Origin: Candidatus Bathyarchaeia archaeon
Lineage (GTDB): Archaea; Thermoproteota; Bathyarchaeia; Bathyarchaeales; Bathycorpusculaceae
Assembly (NCBI GenBank): GCA_038882975.1
Contig: JAVZNE010000001.1
Span: 321,997-385,996, forward strand
Direction: 5' to 3'
Length of the DNA stretch: 64,000 nt
Part shown: piece by piece, positions 16,735 through 26,386 of the stretch
Position numbering within the stretch: the stretch's first letter is position 1
Layout of the letters: each line of letters opens with the position of its first letter
Translations under genes and position numbers: made by a program
The notes under the pieces: model-generated
Seen by the model: only the letters and a program-made list of their open reading frames with translations
What the model was told of the DNA's origin: nothing
Databases searched by the model: none

Positions 16735-19188
16735 CTAAAAAGTGTCTATGTTACCCCTCTCGGTGACGATTTTAACTGTGAAGTTGCCGGCTGGTGGGGG
16801 TATGTCCACCCTTATATAAGTTGCGCTTTCTCCAGAGTTTATGAAGAAGTTCACGTCGTAACGGATGTGGTGGGTTGCATTGATAACCCATAAGGAGACT
16901 ATGTGGGCTGTTGTGGCGCCGCTGTTTTTTATTTCCACATGTATGCCATTGAGGATGACGCGGACTCCTACAAAATCGATGCAAACAAACGTTTGATTTT
17001 CGCCCGTGCCCTCGTCACAGAACATTATTTGGATGGCGCCGTCACCCCACAGGTAGCGTGTCCAATTTTTATTTATGCTTATGGTGTAATCATTCCATTC
17101 GTTAGGCGTAGGCTGGTCTCCCTCTGTAAAGTTAAAGCCCGCGTCACTGAAGATTTCAGAAGCCCAATCATACGCCCTTATAAACCAGCGTTCAGCAGCT
17201 TCCGAAACGTTGTATCTTACCATTATTTCAATGCCGTAAACGTGGTCTAATGGATACGTCGACAAGTCTATTGTGAACAGATTAGAGATTTCAAGCCGGT
17301 AAATGTTCGATGAAGTAGCCTTAAGCTCTATCAAGTCGATTTTAAGGTTAAATGGTGTTGCCCCCTTTCCAGCTATTCTTATTTTCCAGCTTCCGTCGGC
17401 GTCTCTGAAGCGTGTTGGGTTGGCTGTTATTGTTTGGTTTACAGTTATGTCTATTGTCCCAATTATGGCGGTTATGTACCCGTCTCCGCTTGTGGAATAT
17501 TCATCTGCTTCATAGTCGTAGAGCTGAAATGTGACGTTAACCGAGCTTATGACGGATGAACAGTCAACTGTCCAAACAAGTTCCGACCAGCTTTGAGTGT
17601 TTGAAGTCCCCATGAGCTCGACTTGAACGTAGCTGTCGTCCCACGTATGCAATAAGACGCAATCTATTTGCCAGCTACTCTGCGTTCCATCATTTGATAT
17701 CTCTGCGTCTTTAAACCTTATGGTGAAAATGTTTGATGTTAAATGGTTAGAGACTGAAACGTTGTTCCAGCTGTTTGCGGTCAATGCTTCAATTACTGTT
17801 ATCCAGTTTGACCCGTTCCACACGTCAACTTTCAAGCTTTCAGAATCTAGCGCTCCCGTCTTAATGCACAATTCCTTGTATGTTCTGTTGTAGCTTGCAT
17901 TGGTCCACTGAACTTCCAAATCAAGCTGGTAATTAAATTGAGGCTGAGGCTTTAAAGCAATTGTTGCCAAAAGTTTAGTTTGAACAGTTGCAGAGGCATA
18001 TGTTAGATTTGTTGGTCCTGTTGCGCCGGCGGTTGCTTTGCCGCCATAAGCCACAAAGATTCCGCCGCCACTACCAGCCGTTGTCCCAGAGTCAACTGCC
18101 TCAGTAATTGGAGGGTTGGCTAAATTTGGGTTTGACCAACCTGAGGCGTGTGCCCCAGCGTTGTCTCTGGAATGCGCCCCAACTACAACAATAAGCGTAT
18201 TAGGAACTGTGGTGGTTACCCCGTTAGCTGAAAGGGTGGTCACGGTGTTGTCTATCTGGTTTATTCCAGTGGCTATGGCATCCCAAGGTTCGCCGCTTTG
18301 AATGCAGCCTCTAAAGGCTAGTATGATTGCCCATTTATGGTTGCTACCGCCTGTAACTGTTGGGTTAGACTCCGAATTTGTGGCTCTTTTCCAGAAGACG
18401 CTTAAGCTTGTTGGGGCGGTTGAGCCTCCACTTATCGGAAAACCACTTACAGCACTCCATCCGCTTGGCGCATTAACGGGAGAGTTGCTTTCCACAAACA
18501 ATAGGAAAATATCGTTTAGCTGCCATCCAGCAGGAAGAGTTGGAACGACGTTACCTATTCCACCAGCACCAGTTCCAGCACCTACATAAACTGGGATAGA
18601 TGTCCCGACCGTATTAGCCTCTGTCAAATTGTCATATACACCATCTGGTCCAGCCTGCATTGCTGTAAAATTGCTATGTGCTCCAATGTCAGCTGAGCCG
18701 TCAATATCGCTCTGTTGGTCGACGAAGTCCTCGTCATTGACAGCGTAGCTTCCGAAAGTCATGTAGGCGCCATTATTACTTTGCAAGTCTGATAGTGAGC
18801 CAGAAACATGGCTTGTGCCGCCAAGTAAAGTGAATGATGATGGATAAGAGTAATTGTGAGTTATTTGGGGCTCTTTTTTAAAAGATTCATAAAAGCTGTC
18901 TATGGCTCTTGTATCTGTATAGGTACCGCTTACTTTGCTTCCCCGTATTATTGAGAATTCGTTTTGGGCTGTGAACCATTTTGAGTGTGTTAAGCGGCTA
19001 GCGTTTGTTATGTTTATTGATTCACGCATCCTTTCAATGTCCAGCTGGTTCATTTGGTAGTTCCATAGCACCACGTTTGCAACTATAACTGTTATTAGGA
19101 TTAGGCTTAGCATTACAACTAGGACGTTGCTTACGCCGTGCCTGTCATTTTTTAGCCTTTTAAGGCGCTTTATAATAGCCTCCAACAC
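16735..19188 (-). CDS. Giant type IV pilin-like adhesin (817 aa)
   Basis: Class III signal peptide DRHG|VSNVLVVMLSLILI; C-terminal IKNSG...KIVTERGN pilin-head segment; last gene of pilus operon. Confidence 0.8.
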   Translation of the reverse strand: MLEAIIKRLKRLKNDRHGVSNVLVVMLSLILITVIVANVVLWNYQMNQLDIERMRESINITNASRLTHSKWFTAQNEFSIIRGSKVSGTYTDTRAIDSFYESFKKEPQITHNYSYPSSFTLLGGTSHVSGSLSDLQSNNGAYMTFGSYAVNDEDFVDQQSDIDGSADIGAHSNFTAMQAGPDGVYDNLTEANTVGTSIPVYVGAGTGAGGIGNVVPTLPAGWQLNDIFLLFVESNSPVNAPSGWSAVSGFPISGGSTAPTSLSVFWKRATNSESNPTVTGGSNHKWAIILAFRGCIQSGEPWDAIATGINQIDNTVTTLSANGVTTTVPNTLIVVVGAHSRDNAGAHASGWSNPNLANPPITEAVDSGTTAGSGGGIFVAYGGKATAGATGPTNLTYASATVQTKLLATIALKPQPQFNYQLDLEVQWTNASYNRTYKELCIKTGALDSESLKVDVWNGSNWITVIEALTANSWNNVSVSNHLTSNIFTIRFKDAEISNDGTQSSWQIDCVLLHTWDDSYVQVELMGTSNTQSWSELVWTVDCSSVISSVNVTFQLYDYEADEYSTSGDGYITAIIGTIDITVNQTITANPTRFRDADGSWKIRIAGKGATPFNLKIDLIELKATSSNIYRLEISNLFTIDLSTYPLDHVYGIEIMVRYNVSEAAERWFIRAYDWASEIFSDAGFNFTEGDQPTPNEWNDYTISINKNWTRYLWGDGAIQIMFCDEGTGENQTFVCIDFVGVRVILNGIHVEIKNSGATTAHIVSLWVINATHHIRYDVNFFINSGESATYIRVDIPPPAGNFTVKIVTERGNIDTF

Positions 19189-19585
19189 GGTTCCCCCTAG
19201 TTGTCACAACATCTAGATAGTATAGGCTGTTCGACGCCCAACTGTATGTGATATTAAGCCAATTGTGGTCGCCCAATCCCAACTCTAGAGTTGGCGCTGA
19301 CCAGCGAGTGTGGTTTATGTACACAGCTGATATGCGGATTGGCACTTTCCCAACGTTGCGAAGGTAAACACTTATTTGGCTTGTACCACCAACGCTGTTG
19401 AACCAGATGTCCTCTATGATTAAGCGTTCTCCCATGGTTTCGCGAAGGTTTGTTGTTATGACGTATGTGGTGGCGGCAGCTATTGACATGGCGGCAACAG
19501 CAACAACCATGAGCAATAAGTTGCTCAACACGGGAGTTATAGCCCGCTTATCCGCAAAAAGCCTTAAAAGCCGCCGCCTGTTCAT
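19160..19585 (-). CDS. Archaeal type IV pilin
   Basis: Class III signal DKRA|ITPVLSNLLLMVVAVAA; YLRNVG, VVTTRGN. Confidence 0.85.
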   Translation of the reverse strand: MNRRRLLRLFADKRAITPVLSNLLLMVVAVAAMSIAAATTYVITTNLRETMGERLIIEDIWFNSVGGTSQISVYLRNVGKVPIRISAVYINHTRWSAPTLELGLGDHNWLNITYSWASNSLYYLDVVTTRGNRVGGYYKAP

Positions 19586-19596
19586 GTTTAACCACC

Positions 19597-20424
19597 TTAT
19601 AGGAAGATTTTGAGGGCTAAATAGCCACACACCATCATCACTAGACTATGCTTGAGCCCAGCGCTTACTGCGCCCTCGCCCATCTTTCCAGCCACCAAAC
19701 CGCCGAAAAAGCCTTGAATCGCAGTCATATGCAAGAACAAGCGCTTTATTTCCGCTGGCGCCATAACGGCTGTTCCAAGCATCGGCAAGCCTTGTATTTC
19801 CACAAAGAAGGACTTGAAAAGCAGCACTATTGTGAATAGGAAGACGAAGAAAGCCACATAAATTATGGCGATGTATGGTCTTGTCCTGTTTCGCCGCTCC
19901 CTATGAAGCATAAGTGTTGACTGGACAAACTTGCCCATAGGATCAAAGACCTTCTCCACATGCCCGCCAGAGCGGTTAGCCTCAATTATGAGCGGTATGG
20001 TTCTCTGCACAAGAACAGTGTTAACACGCCTAGCAAACGCTATTAGGGCTTCTTCCAAAGTCATGCCCCAAGAAATTTGGGCATTCATTTTCTGCAACTC
20101 AGCTGTTAACGGTCCGAAATCTCTTTTCGCCGCTTCTTCCAAAGCTCTGGGCAGCGTCATACCCGTTTCCTGTGCCTGCACAATGCTTCTGAAAAGGTCC
20201 GGCAAGTGCTCGTCTATGGCTCTCTTCCACTTGTAATCAATGTAGTTTATGATTGTTGGCGGTGTGAAGGCCGCAATAACCGCGAAAAACACAAACTCGT
20301 CAAATAACATTGTACCCCAAGCCGTGAAAAACCCGAAAACTATTATGGACACTGCTAGGATAGCCGACGAAACCCAAACGATTTGCTTGACCGATTTCCC
20401 CACTTTGGGCATATGCTCTACCAC
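19597..20424 (-). CDS. T2SSF/TadC-like pilus platform membrane protein
   Basis: IDEHLPDLFR, GMTLPRAL, GLVAGKMGEG. Confidence 0.88.
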   Translation of the reverse strand: MVEHMPKVGKSVKQIVWVSSAILAVSIIVFGFFTAWGTMLFDEFVFFAVIAAFTPPTIINYIDYKWKRAIDEHLPDLFRSIVQAQETGMTLPRALEEAAKRDFGPLTAELQKMNAQISWGMTLEEALIAFARRVNTVLVQRTIPLIIEANRSGGHVEKVFDPMGKFVQSTLMLHRERRNRTRPYIAIIYVAFFVFLFTIVLLFKSFFVEIQGLPMLGTAVMAPAEIKRLFLHMTAIQGFFGGLVAGKMGEGAVSAGLKHSLVMMVCGYLALKIFL

Positions 20425-21413
20425 TTTGGCGAAACCGCGTCCAATATTAGGAGAAACATTATTGAGCCCACGGGAATTCCAATGTAAGTTAAGATGTTGA
20501 GCAAAAGGTCTGGACTTAAAAGTCCGAGACCGCCGCCACCCATCATGGCCATAACAGCCAGCATAATTATGAGAAGCAAGGGTCCAGTAACAAGTATTGC
20601 CACGTAAAACTCTGAAAGCATGGACAAAGTGTCAGAGAATTTGCGGAGGCTCATCCTCTTCAATTTCATGTGTTGCTTTGACTTTTCCCTCAAATAAGCA
20701 GCTAGGTTGCTTCCGGAATGAATTGTTGATATGAAGCCTTCAATCATTTCCCGAAACCTTTCAGACGGCGTGCGCTTCGAAGCTTGTTCTAAAGCTGAAA
20801 TTACGTCTAAGCCGAAGAGGTTCACATCCCTAATGATGTTCCTTGCCTCTGCAGAGACCGCCAATGGAATGGGAAGGTTTGAAAGCGAATAGAATATTTT
20901 CTCTGGTGGAACGCCAGCACTAGCCAAAATTGACATGTAGCCAGTCGTGAAAGCCAACTCGTCTTCGAGTTCCCTCTTAAACTTGTCAGCCCGATAAACG
21001 GGATACATGTAAAACCCAAGAATCGAAAAGGCGACAGCGAAGAGGCTTCCGCCTAAACCAAAAAGGAAGGCTGGAAAGATGGGCACATCAAACAGAAAGA
21101 CCAGCAAGCATGGAACTACCACAAAAGTGGCAAGCGCAATCATAAGTGTAGAAAAAAATGTTAGGCTTATGTAAACCCTAAAACCAGTCTTAAGCCCAGC
21201 CCTCTGCAAGTGCAAACTCAAATCTTCAAAAAGAGGTAAAACCCAGCTGATTTTACCGCCCACCAGTCTATAGGCAACGGATTGGAGGCTTCCAGCCCTA
21301 ACTTTCTCCTTTTCGTTCTCACTTGAGGCTTTCGAAGAGCGGATTTTCAATGTAAACTTGTTTAGCTTCGATAGAACCTTTTTAAAGGCTTCAGCGAGTT
21401 TTTGGTTTTTCAT
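20418..21413 (-). CDS. T2SSF/TadB-C-like pilus platform membrane protein
   Basis: MSILASAGVPP, SKRTPS, LSEFYV; TM segments. Confidence 0.88.
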   Translation of the reverse strand: MKNQKLAEAFKKVLSKLNKFTLKIRSSKASSENEKEKVRAGSLQSVAYRLVGGKISWVLPLFEDLSLHLQRAGLKTGFRVYISLTFFSTLMIALATFVVVPCLLVFLFDVPIFPAFLFGLGGSLFAVAFSILGFYMYPVYRADKFKRELEDELAFTTGYMSILASAGVPPEKIFYSLSNLPIPLAVSAEARNIIRDVNLFGLDVISALEQASKRTPSERFREMIEGFISTIHSGSNLAAYLREKSKQHMKLKRMSLRKFSDTLSMLSEFYVAILVTGPLLLIIMLAVMAMMGGGGLGLLSPDLLLNILTYIGIPVGSIMFLLILDAVSPKW

Positions 21414-22960
21414 TTCAGTCCCATCCTTGCTCTCTGATAAACACGTGATGGGTTAGCGTAGTATTCTCGGATTACGTTGGCAACTTCGGTGTGTCTGCGG
21501 ATGCCCCTCTTAACCATCCATTCCAAAACAGTTTTTCTTTGCTGCAATTCTCGCCTAACATCTTCCTCGTTTATATCCCTCTTCTTCATGTGCTCTTCAA
21601 GTAAAGAGCTGCGCCCCAAAAATTCAAATTTGTCCTCGCTGGCTTTCCACCTAAAAATCTCCTCCGTCATCAAATCCTTTGTTTTAGCGTCTAAGCCAAC
21701 AACCTCCGTGGCGGTAAGCGTCCGCCTCACTGGTTTCCCCCCAATTTCAGTTCTTGCCATAACCAGTACCACGTCAATCATGGCTATGAGGGACCTCGGA
21801 ATATTCATGGGCTCTGATTCAAGGCGGTTTATTACAGCTTCAACCGATTCAGCATGGATTGTGCACATGCCCAAGTGTCCCGTCGCCATAGCCTGGAAAA
21901 GCGTGTAGGCTTCTTCCCCTCGTATTTCGCCTACGATTATGTAGTCTGGTCTTTGGCGTACAGCAGCCTTCAAAAGATCAAATAGTGTTATGCTTCCACT
22001 TCCCCTGTCTTCATGCCCAAAACCAAGCCGAACAACCGAGGGAATCCAGTTTTCATGGGGTAAATTAAGCTCCTGTGTATCTTCAACGCTTACTATCTTC
22101 ATTTCAGGCTTTATAAACATGGATAGGCAGTTCAGCATTGTCGTTTTTCCCGCCGCTATACCGCCAGCGACGAGCACAGAAGCCCTGTTCTCTATAATGT
22201 ACCATAGGTATGCCGCCATATCTGACGAAAGGGTGTTGAAGGCAATTAGGTCAGAGATGGTTAAGGGGTCAACACGGAAGCGGCGAATGGTGAACGTTGA
22301 ACCTCTGCGGGTGACTTCATTCCCATAAGTTAGTTGTATGCGGCTCCCGTCTGGAAGCGAGGCATCCAAAATTGGGGAAGCAATTGAAATGTTTTTTCCA
22401 GCCAAATATGCTAGGCGAATTATGAAGGAGTTTAGTTCAGCCTCATCTTTGAAAATTATGTTTGTCGGTAAAGACTCATACACGCGGTGCCAAACATAAA
22501 TGGGTATGTTTACCCCGTCAGCCGATATATCCTCAATAAAGTGGTCCTTCATCAAAGGGTCTATCTTTCCATATCCAATAAAATCCCTTGTAATGTAGTA
22601 GAGGAGCTTGTCGATGGATTCCGGCGGGATTTTGATGTGGTATTTTTTGATTATTTGGGCTGCTTTTTCCTTTAGGTATTTTTCTGCTTTTTCTTTAGTT
22701 TCTATTTCTTTTAGGTTTACGTCTATTTCCTCCATTAGGAGGCTTTTAATCTCTTTTAGAAGGTTTTCGTCTTCTTTTTGCAAGGTTGGTTCTATCACTT
22801 CGTATTGGGTTTTCTGGGTTTCTGGATCTTTAACTATGGCAGCGTAGACGTAGGGTTCTTGTATTGGGTAGACTTCCCTGAAGACGGCTGGTTTTCTGGC
22901 TTTTCCTTCGATGATTATGCCTAGCTCTGTTTTTTCTTCGGCTTTTTGGGTTTCAGGCAT
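21410..22960 (-). CDS. Type II/IV secretion (pilus assembly) ATPase
   Basis: Walker A GGIAAGKTT, RQRPDYIIVGEIRG, ATGH...TIHA. Confidence 0.92.
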   Translation of the reverse strand: MPETQKAEEKTELGIIIEGKARKPAVFREVYPIQEPYVYAAIVKDPETQKTQYEVIEPTLQKEDENLLKEIKSLLMEEIDVNLKEIETKEKAEKYLKEKAAQIIKKYHIKIPPESIDKLLYYITRDFIGYGKIDPLMKDHFIEDISADGVNIPIYVWHRVYESLPTNIIFKDEAELNSFIIRLAYLAGKNISIASPILDASLPDGSRIQLTYGNEVTRRGSTFTIRRFRVDPLTISDLIAFNTLSSDMAAYLWYIIENRASVLVAGGIAAGKTTMLNCLSMFIKPEMKIVSVEDTQELNLPHENWIPSVVRLGFGHEDRGSGSITLFDLLKAAVRQRPDYIIVGEIRGEEAYTLFQAMATGHLGMCTIHAESVEAVINRLESEPMNIPRSLIAMIDVVLVMARTEIGGKPVRRTLTATEVVGLDAKTKDLMTEEIFRWKASEDKFEFLGRSSLLEEHMKKRDINEEDVRRELQQRKTVLEWMVKRGIRRHTEVANVIREYYANPSRVYQRARMGLK

Positions 22961-23094
22961 CTGCTTCCCTTTTTTAGCGTTTAGGGTGGTGGCTGTTTTT
23001 CCGCAACTAATATAATATCGCAAGTCTTAATAAGCTATATGCACGCCTAATCCTTACCAAACTTAACAACACAAAATCGTTACAAAAACCGCAA

Positions 23095-23172
23095 CTACTT
23101 GTATCGAGCTCTCCGCTTCTGCCTCTTCTTCTTCTGCCGCCTCATCCTCTTCTTTTTCCACTTAGCCCGGAT
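23095..23172 (-). CDS. rpl41e: Ribosomal protein eL41 (eS32), probable ATC start
   Basis: Translates (M/I)RAKWKKKRMRRQKKKRQKRRARYK, 25 aa, closely matching eukaryotic eL41; SD-like GGGGAG 8 nt upstream of ATC. Confidence 0.88.
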   Translation of the reverse strand: MRAKWKKKRMRRQKKKRQKRRARYK

Positions 23173-23209
23173 TTCCAGCACTCCCCATAAACGCATAAAC
23201 GCGTAAAGC

Positions 23210-23809
23210 CTACTCTATTGTGGCGTGCCTACGCCTTAAATCCTCTTCAGTTCTACCCATACGATGCATAAGCTCCACAATCAAACCATCCAAGAAAACC
23301 ATGCAGTTATTCTCAAATATGCTTCCAAGCGGGGTTAGGGGCTCTCTTTCGCCCATAAGCTGCCTAGCCAAATAATCCTCCTCCCTGGGCCAACCAGCTT
23401 TAGTTCTGCCCTTAATCGTCACAACCAAGTCGGCTATTTGTCCCAAGGGAGATTCTGGGAAAGACGTTATTGCAACAACAGTCGCCCCGATTTCTTTCGC
23501 CGCTGAACTCGCTGTCAAAACCATTTTTGTTGCGCCTGTTCCTGAAATGGCTATTAGGAGATCTCCTTTTTCGGCGGCTGGTGTTATTGTTTCTCCTAGG
23601 AAGTAGACGTTGAAGCCTAAGTTCATTAAGCGAAGGGCGAAGGCTCTTCCAACGAAGCCGCTTCTCCCCATGCCGACAACAAATATTTTCTTGTTTTTTG
23701 CCCCCAACAGCAGCTGAATGAAGCGTTCAACCTCTTTTGGGTTAAGCTCTTCAATGGAGCTTTTAATCCCTGAAATGATTTCTTCTGCCGCAGCCTTTAA
23801 CCATTCCAA
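23210..23809 (-). CDS. hxlB: 6-phospho-3-hexuloisomerase (SIS domain)
   Basis: GMGRSG, FALRLMNLG, GETITP, ISGTG, PLGSIFE, RHATIE. Confidence 0.9.
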   Translation of the reverse strand: MEWLKAAAEEIISGIKSSIEELNPKEVERFIQLLLGAKNKKIFVVGMGRSGFVGRAFALRLMNLGFNVYFLGETITPAAEKGDLLIAISGTGATKMVLTASSAAKEIGATVVAITSFPESPLGQIADLVVTIKGRTKAGWPREEDYLARQLMGEREPLTPLGSIFENNCMVFLDGLIVELMHRMGRTEEDLRRRHATIE

Positions 23810-23864
23810 GTTTTCAAGCTCCGAGAAACCCTTTACACGGAAGTCTGTGTTAAAAGTCTTGCGG

Positions 23865-24659
23865 TTAAACAACACCCATTAAGATTTCCTCTAAACGCGG
23901 AATCCTAAGATAAATGCGGATTAAAACCGCCGCGGCTAAAATGCCAATAGTCAGAAGCATGAAAACATAGTCTCCTCTGCGAAGTTTCAAAACGTATAGG
24001 TTTGTGCGCTTTTTAGTGGCTCCCCATGCTCGTGACTCCATGGCTTCAGCCAATTCTAGGCTTCGGCGAATTGCACTTACAATAAGCGGAATAAGAATTG
24101 GAATGTAGTTTCTAACCCTTTTTAAGAAGTTGCCCTTCTCAAGTTCCAAGCCCCTTGCCTTTTGGGCGTCCATGATGGTTTGGGCTTCCTCGGCTAGGAC
24201 TGGGACGAAGCGCACGGCTGTTGTGAAGGCGAAACAAAACTCGTAGGGTACACGAGACTGTTCCAAGGCTAAGCCAAGATGGTCCGGCGACGTAGTTAAG
24301 AAAAATATGGAGAAGGATTCAACAAGGACCACAAAACGCAGTGTCATGGCTAAGGCATGTTCCAAAGCTGACAATGTAACCACGTAGCCAGAGCTTGTGA
24401 AGGAGAAAATGAAGTTGACAAAGAATATTACAGATGCTAGAAAGGCTGCACCTCTCATGGAGCGAGCCCACTCCCGCTTGACGCGGGCGACGACAACAAA
24501 GGGAATCTGTATCAAGAAAAGAACGATGAGCGGCAGCAGCTCCCAAAAAAGTATGGCGACAACAAAAATTACACATGCGTAAACAAACTTTATTCTTGGG
24601 TCAAGATTGTGGATGGGGGAGCTAACCCTTCTGAAGCGAAGTCCATCAAAAAAGCTCAC
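23865..24659 (-). CDS. ecfT: ECF transporter T component
   Basis: LDPRIK, AQKARG, AMESRA motifs. Confidence 0.9.
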   Translation of the reverse strand: MSFFDGLRFRRVSSPIHNLDPRIKFVYACVIFVVAILFWELLPLIVLFLIQIPFVVVARVKREWARSMRGAAFLASVIFFVNFIFSFTSSGYVVTLSALEHALAMTLRFVVLVESFSIFFLTTSPDHLGLALEQSRVPYEFCFAFTTAVRFVPVLAEEAQTIMDAQKARGLELEKGNFLKRVRNYIPILIPLIVSAIRRSLELAEAMESRAWGATKKRTNLYVLKLRRGDYVFMLLTIGILAAAVLIRIYLRIPRLEEILMGVV

Positions 24660-25483
24660 GCCTTATGCCTCCCTTGGAAGGCTTTCAGCAGAATTTCTCT
24701 AGCTTCGTAAACGTCTATGACGTCTTTTGGGAAGCCTAAGTCTGATAGGTTTATGAAGATTTGGGCTATTTGTGGTGGCACTATGGAGGCTTGTTCCAGT
24801 ATTTCTGGGTCTGTAAGGATTTTTCTGGCTTCTCCGTCTGCAACTATTTTCCCGCCGCGCATAAGAACAACTCTTGGGCTGCATTCAGCCACAAACTCCA
24901 CGTCATGGGTCACGATAACAACGGTTTTTCCTTGAGCCTTCATCTGTAAAATGAATTGGCGGAGCCTCTCCTTCTGCTGGTAGTCCTGCCCAATTGTGGG
25001 CTCATCTAAAATCAGAATTTTTGGGTCCCATGCAAGCACTGAAGCCAAAGCCACCCGTTTTCTTTCGCCTCCACTGAGCATGAAGGGCGAAGTCTTCCGG
25101 TACTGTGTCAAGCCCAGAAGGTTAAGCGCCCACTCCACCCGCTTTTCTATTATGTCTTGGCTGAAGCCGAAGTTTTTTAGGGCAAAGGCTATTTCCTCCT
25201 CAACGGTTTCGCTGAAAAGCTGGTGGTCTGGGTTTTGGAAAACGAAGCCAACACTTCTTGCCAGCGTTGCCACACTCACTTTGGTTGTTTCCACGCCGTC
25301 CACAAGCACTTTTCCCTTGGTGGGCTTTAACAATCCATTAAAATGTTTTACAAGGGTTGTTTTTCCAGCTCCATTTTCACCCATTATAGCTACAAATTCT
25401 CCGTCTTGGATTGTTAGGGAAACCCCTTTTAATGCTTCCACGCCGCTTGGATACTTGAAGTAAACGTCTTGAACCTCAATCAT
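24656..25483 (-). CDS. ecfA2: ECF transporter ATPase A'
   Basis: GENGAGKTT, FQNPDHQ, LSGGE, DEPT. Confidence 0.9.
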   Translation of the reverse strand: MIEVQDVYFKYPSGVEALKGVSLTIQDGEFVAIMGENGAGKTTLVKHFNGLLKPTKGKVLVDGVETTKVSVATLARSVGFVFQNPDHQLFSETVEEEIAFALKNFGFSQDIIEKRVEWALNLLGLTQYRKTSPFMLSGGERKRVALASVLAWDPKILILDEPTIGQDYQQKERLRQFILQMKAQGKTVVIVTHDVEFVAECSPRVVLMRGGKIVADGEARKILTDPEILEQASIVPPQIAQIFINLSDLGFPKDVIDVYEAREILLKAFQGRHKA

Positions 25484-26331
25484 AAGTGTTTAAGCGCCTC
25501 CTTCAACTTTTCAGCCATCTCCTCAGAAGATAACGGAACTTTTCCGCCCAGCTTTATCCCGTCGCTCTTTAGTATTTGGTAGAGACGTGTCGCCTTTGGA
25601 ATCCCAACACCGATCAGACGGGCTTCCTCAGAGTTCAAGATTTCATGGGGCTCTCCGTCCAAAACAACTTTGCCTTCATCCATTATTATAATGTGGTCTG
25701 CGTATTTGGCTGTCAAATCTAGCCTATGCTCAACGAGTACTATAGTGATTCCGAGCTTTCTATTAAGCTCATAAATAACCTCAAAAATTTTCTTGGCGCC
25801 CAACGGGTCAAGGAAAGACGTTGGTTCATCGAGAACTAGAACTTCTGGTTGCATGGCTAAAACCGAAGCTATGGCAACCCGTTGCTGTTGCCCGCCGGAA
25901 AGCTCTGTTGGTGTGCGCTCCCTTAACTCGTAAATTCCGGTAAGCTTGAGCGCCCAGTCCACTCTTTTGCGGATTTCCTCTCTTGGGATTCCAAGGTTTT
26001 CAAGTCCGAAGGCTACGTCTTTCTCCACTGACAAGGCGAAAAGCTGGTTTTCGGGATTTTGAAAAACTAAGCCAACGTGGGTTGCAAGCTCGTATATTTG
26101 GTGTTCTGGAACCCTTAAACCAGCAACGGTTATCTCGCCTTTCAATTCACCTTGATAAAAGTGGGGGATCAGCCCATTAAAACATCTGCACAAGGTTGTT
26201 TTTCCACATCCGCTTGGACCAGTTATTAATGCGAATTCGCCCTTCTCAATTTTTATGGAAACATCCCTAATTGATGGCTTTGCCGCGCCTGGATAAGTGT
26301 ATGTTAGGTTTTTTGTTTCAATCACTGCCAT
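25480..26331 (-). CDS. ecfA1: ECF transporter ATPase A
   Basis: GPSGCGKTT, FQNPENQ, LSGGQ, DEPT. Confidence 0.9.
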   Translation of the reverse strand: MAVIETKNLTYTYPGAAKPSIRDVSIKIEKGEFALITGPSGCGKTTLCRCFNGLIPHFYQGELKGEITVAGLRVPEHQIYELATHVGLVFQNPENQLFALSVEKDVAFGLENLGIPREEIRKRVDWALKLTGIYELRERTPTELSGGQQQRVAIASVLAMQPEVLVLDEPTSFLDPLGAKKIFEVIYELNRKLGITIVLVEHRLDLTAKYADHIIIMDEGKVVLDGEPHEILNSEEARLIGVGIPKATRLYQILKSDGIKLGGKVPLSSEEMAEKLKEALKHL

Positions 26332-26386
26332 GCTTGGTTTTTCCACCACATTTAAAGCCAAAATTTTGTCATTTAAGAGTAACTAC

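Noticed and set aside
23024-23036. CTTAATAAG also found near 42641
   Set aside because: Most simply a TATA box (CTTATTAAG) on the minus strand of each gene
23063-23161. Acidic ORF MEKEEDEAAEEEEAEAESS... on the minus strand
   Set aside because: Alternative-frame shadow of the purine-rich eL41 gene
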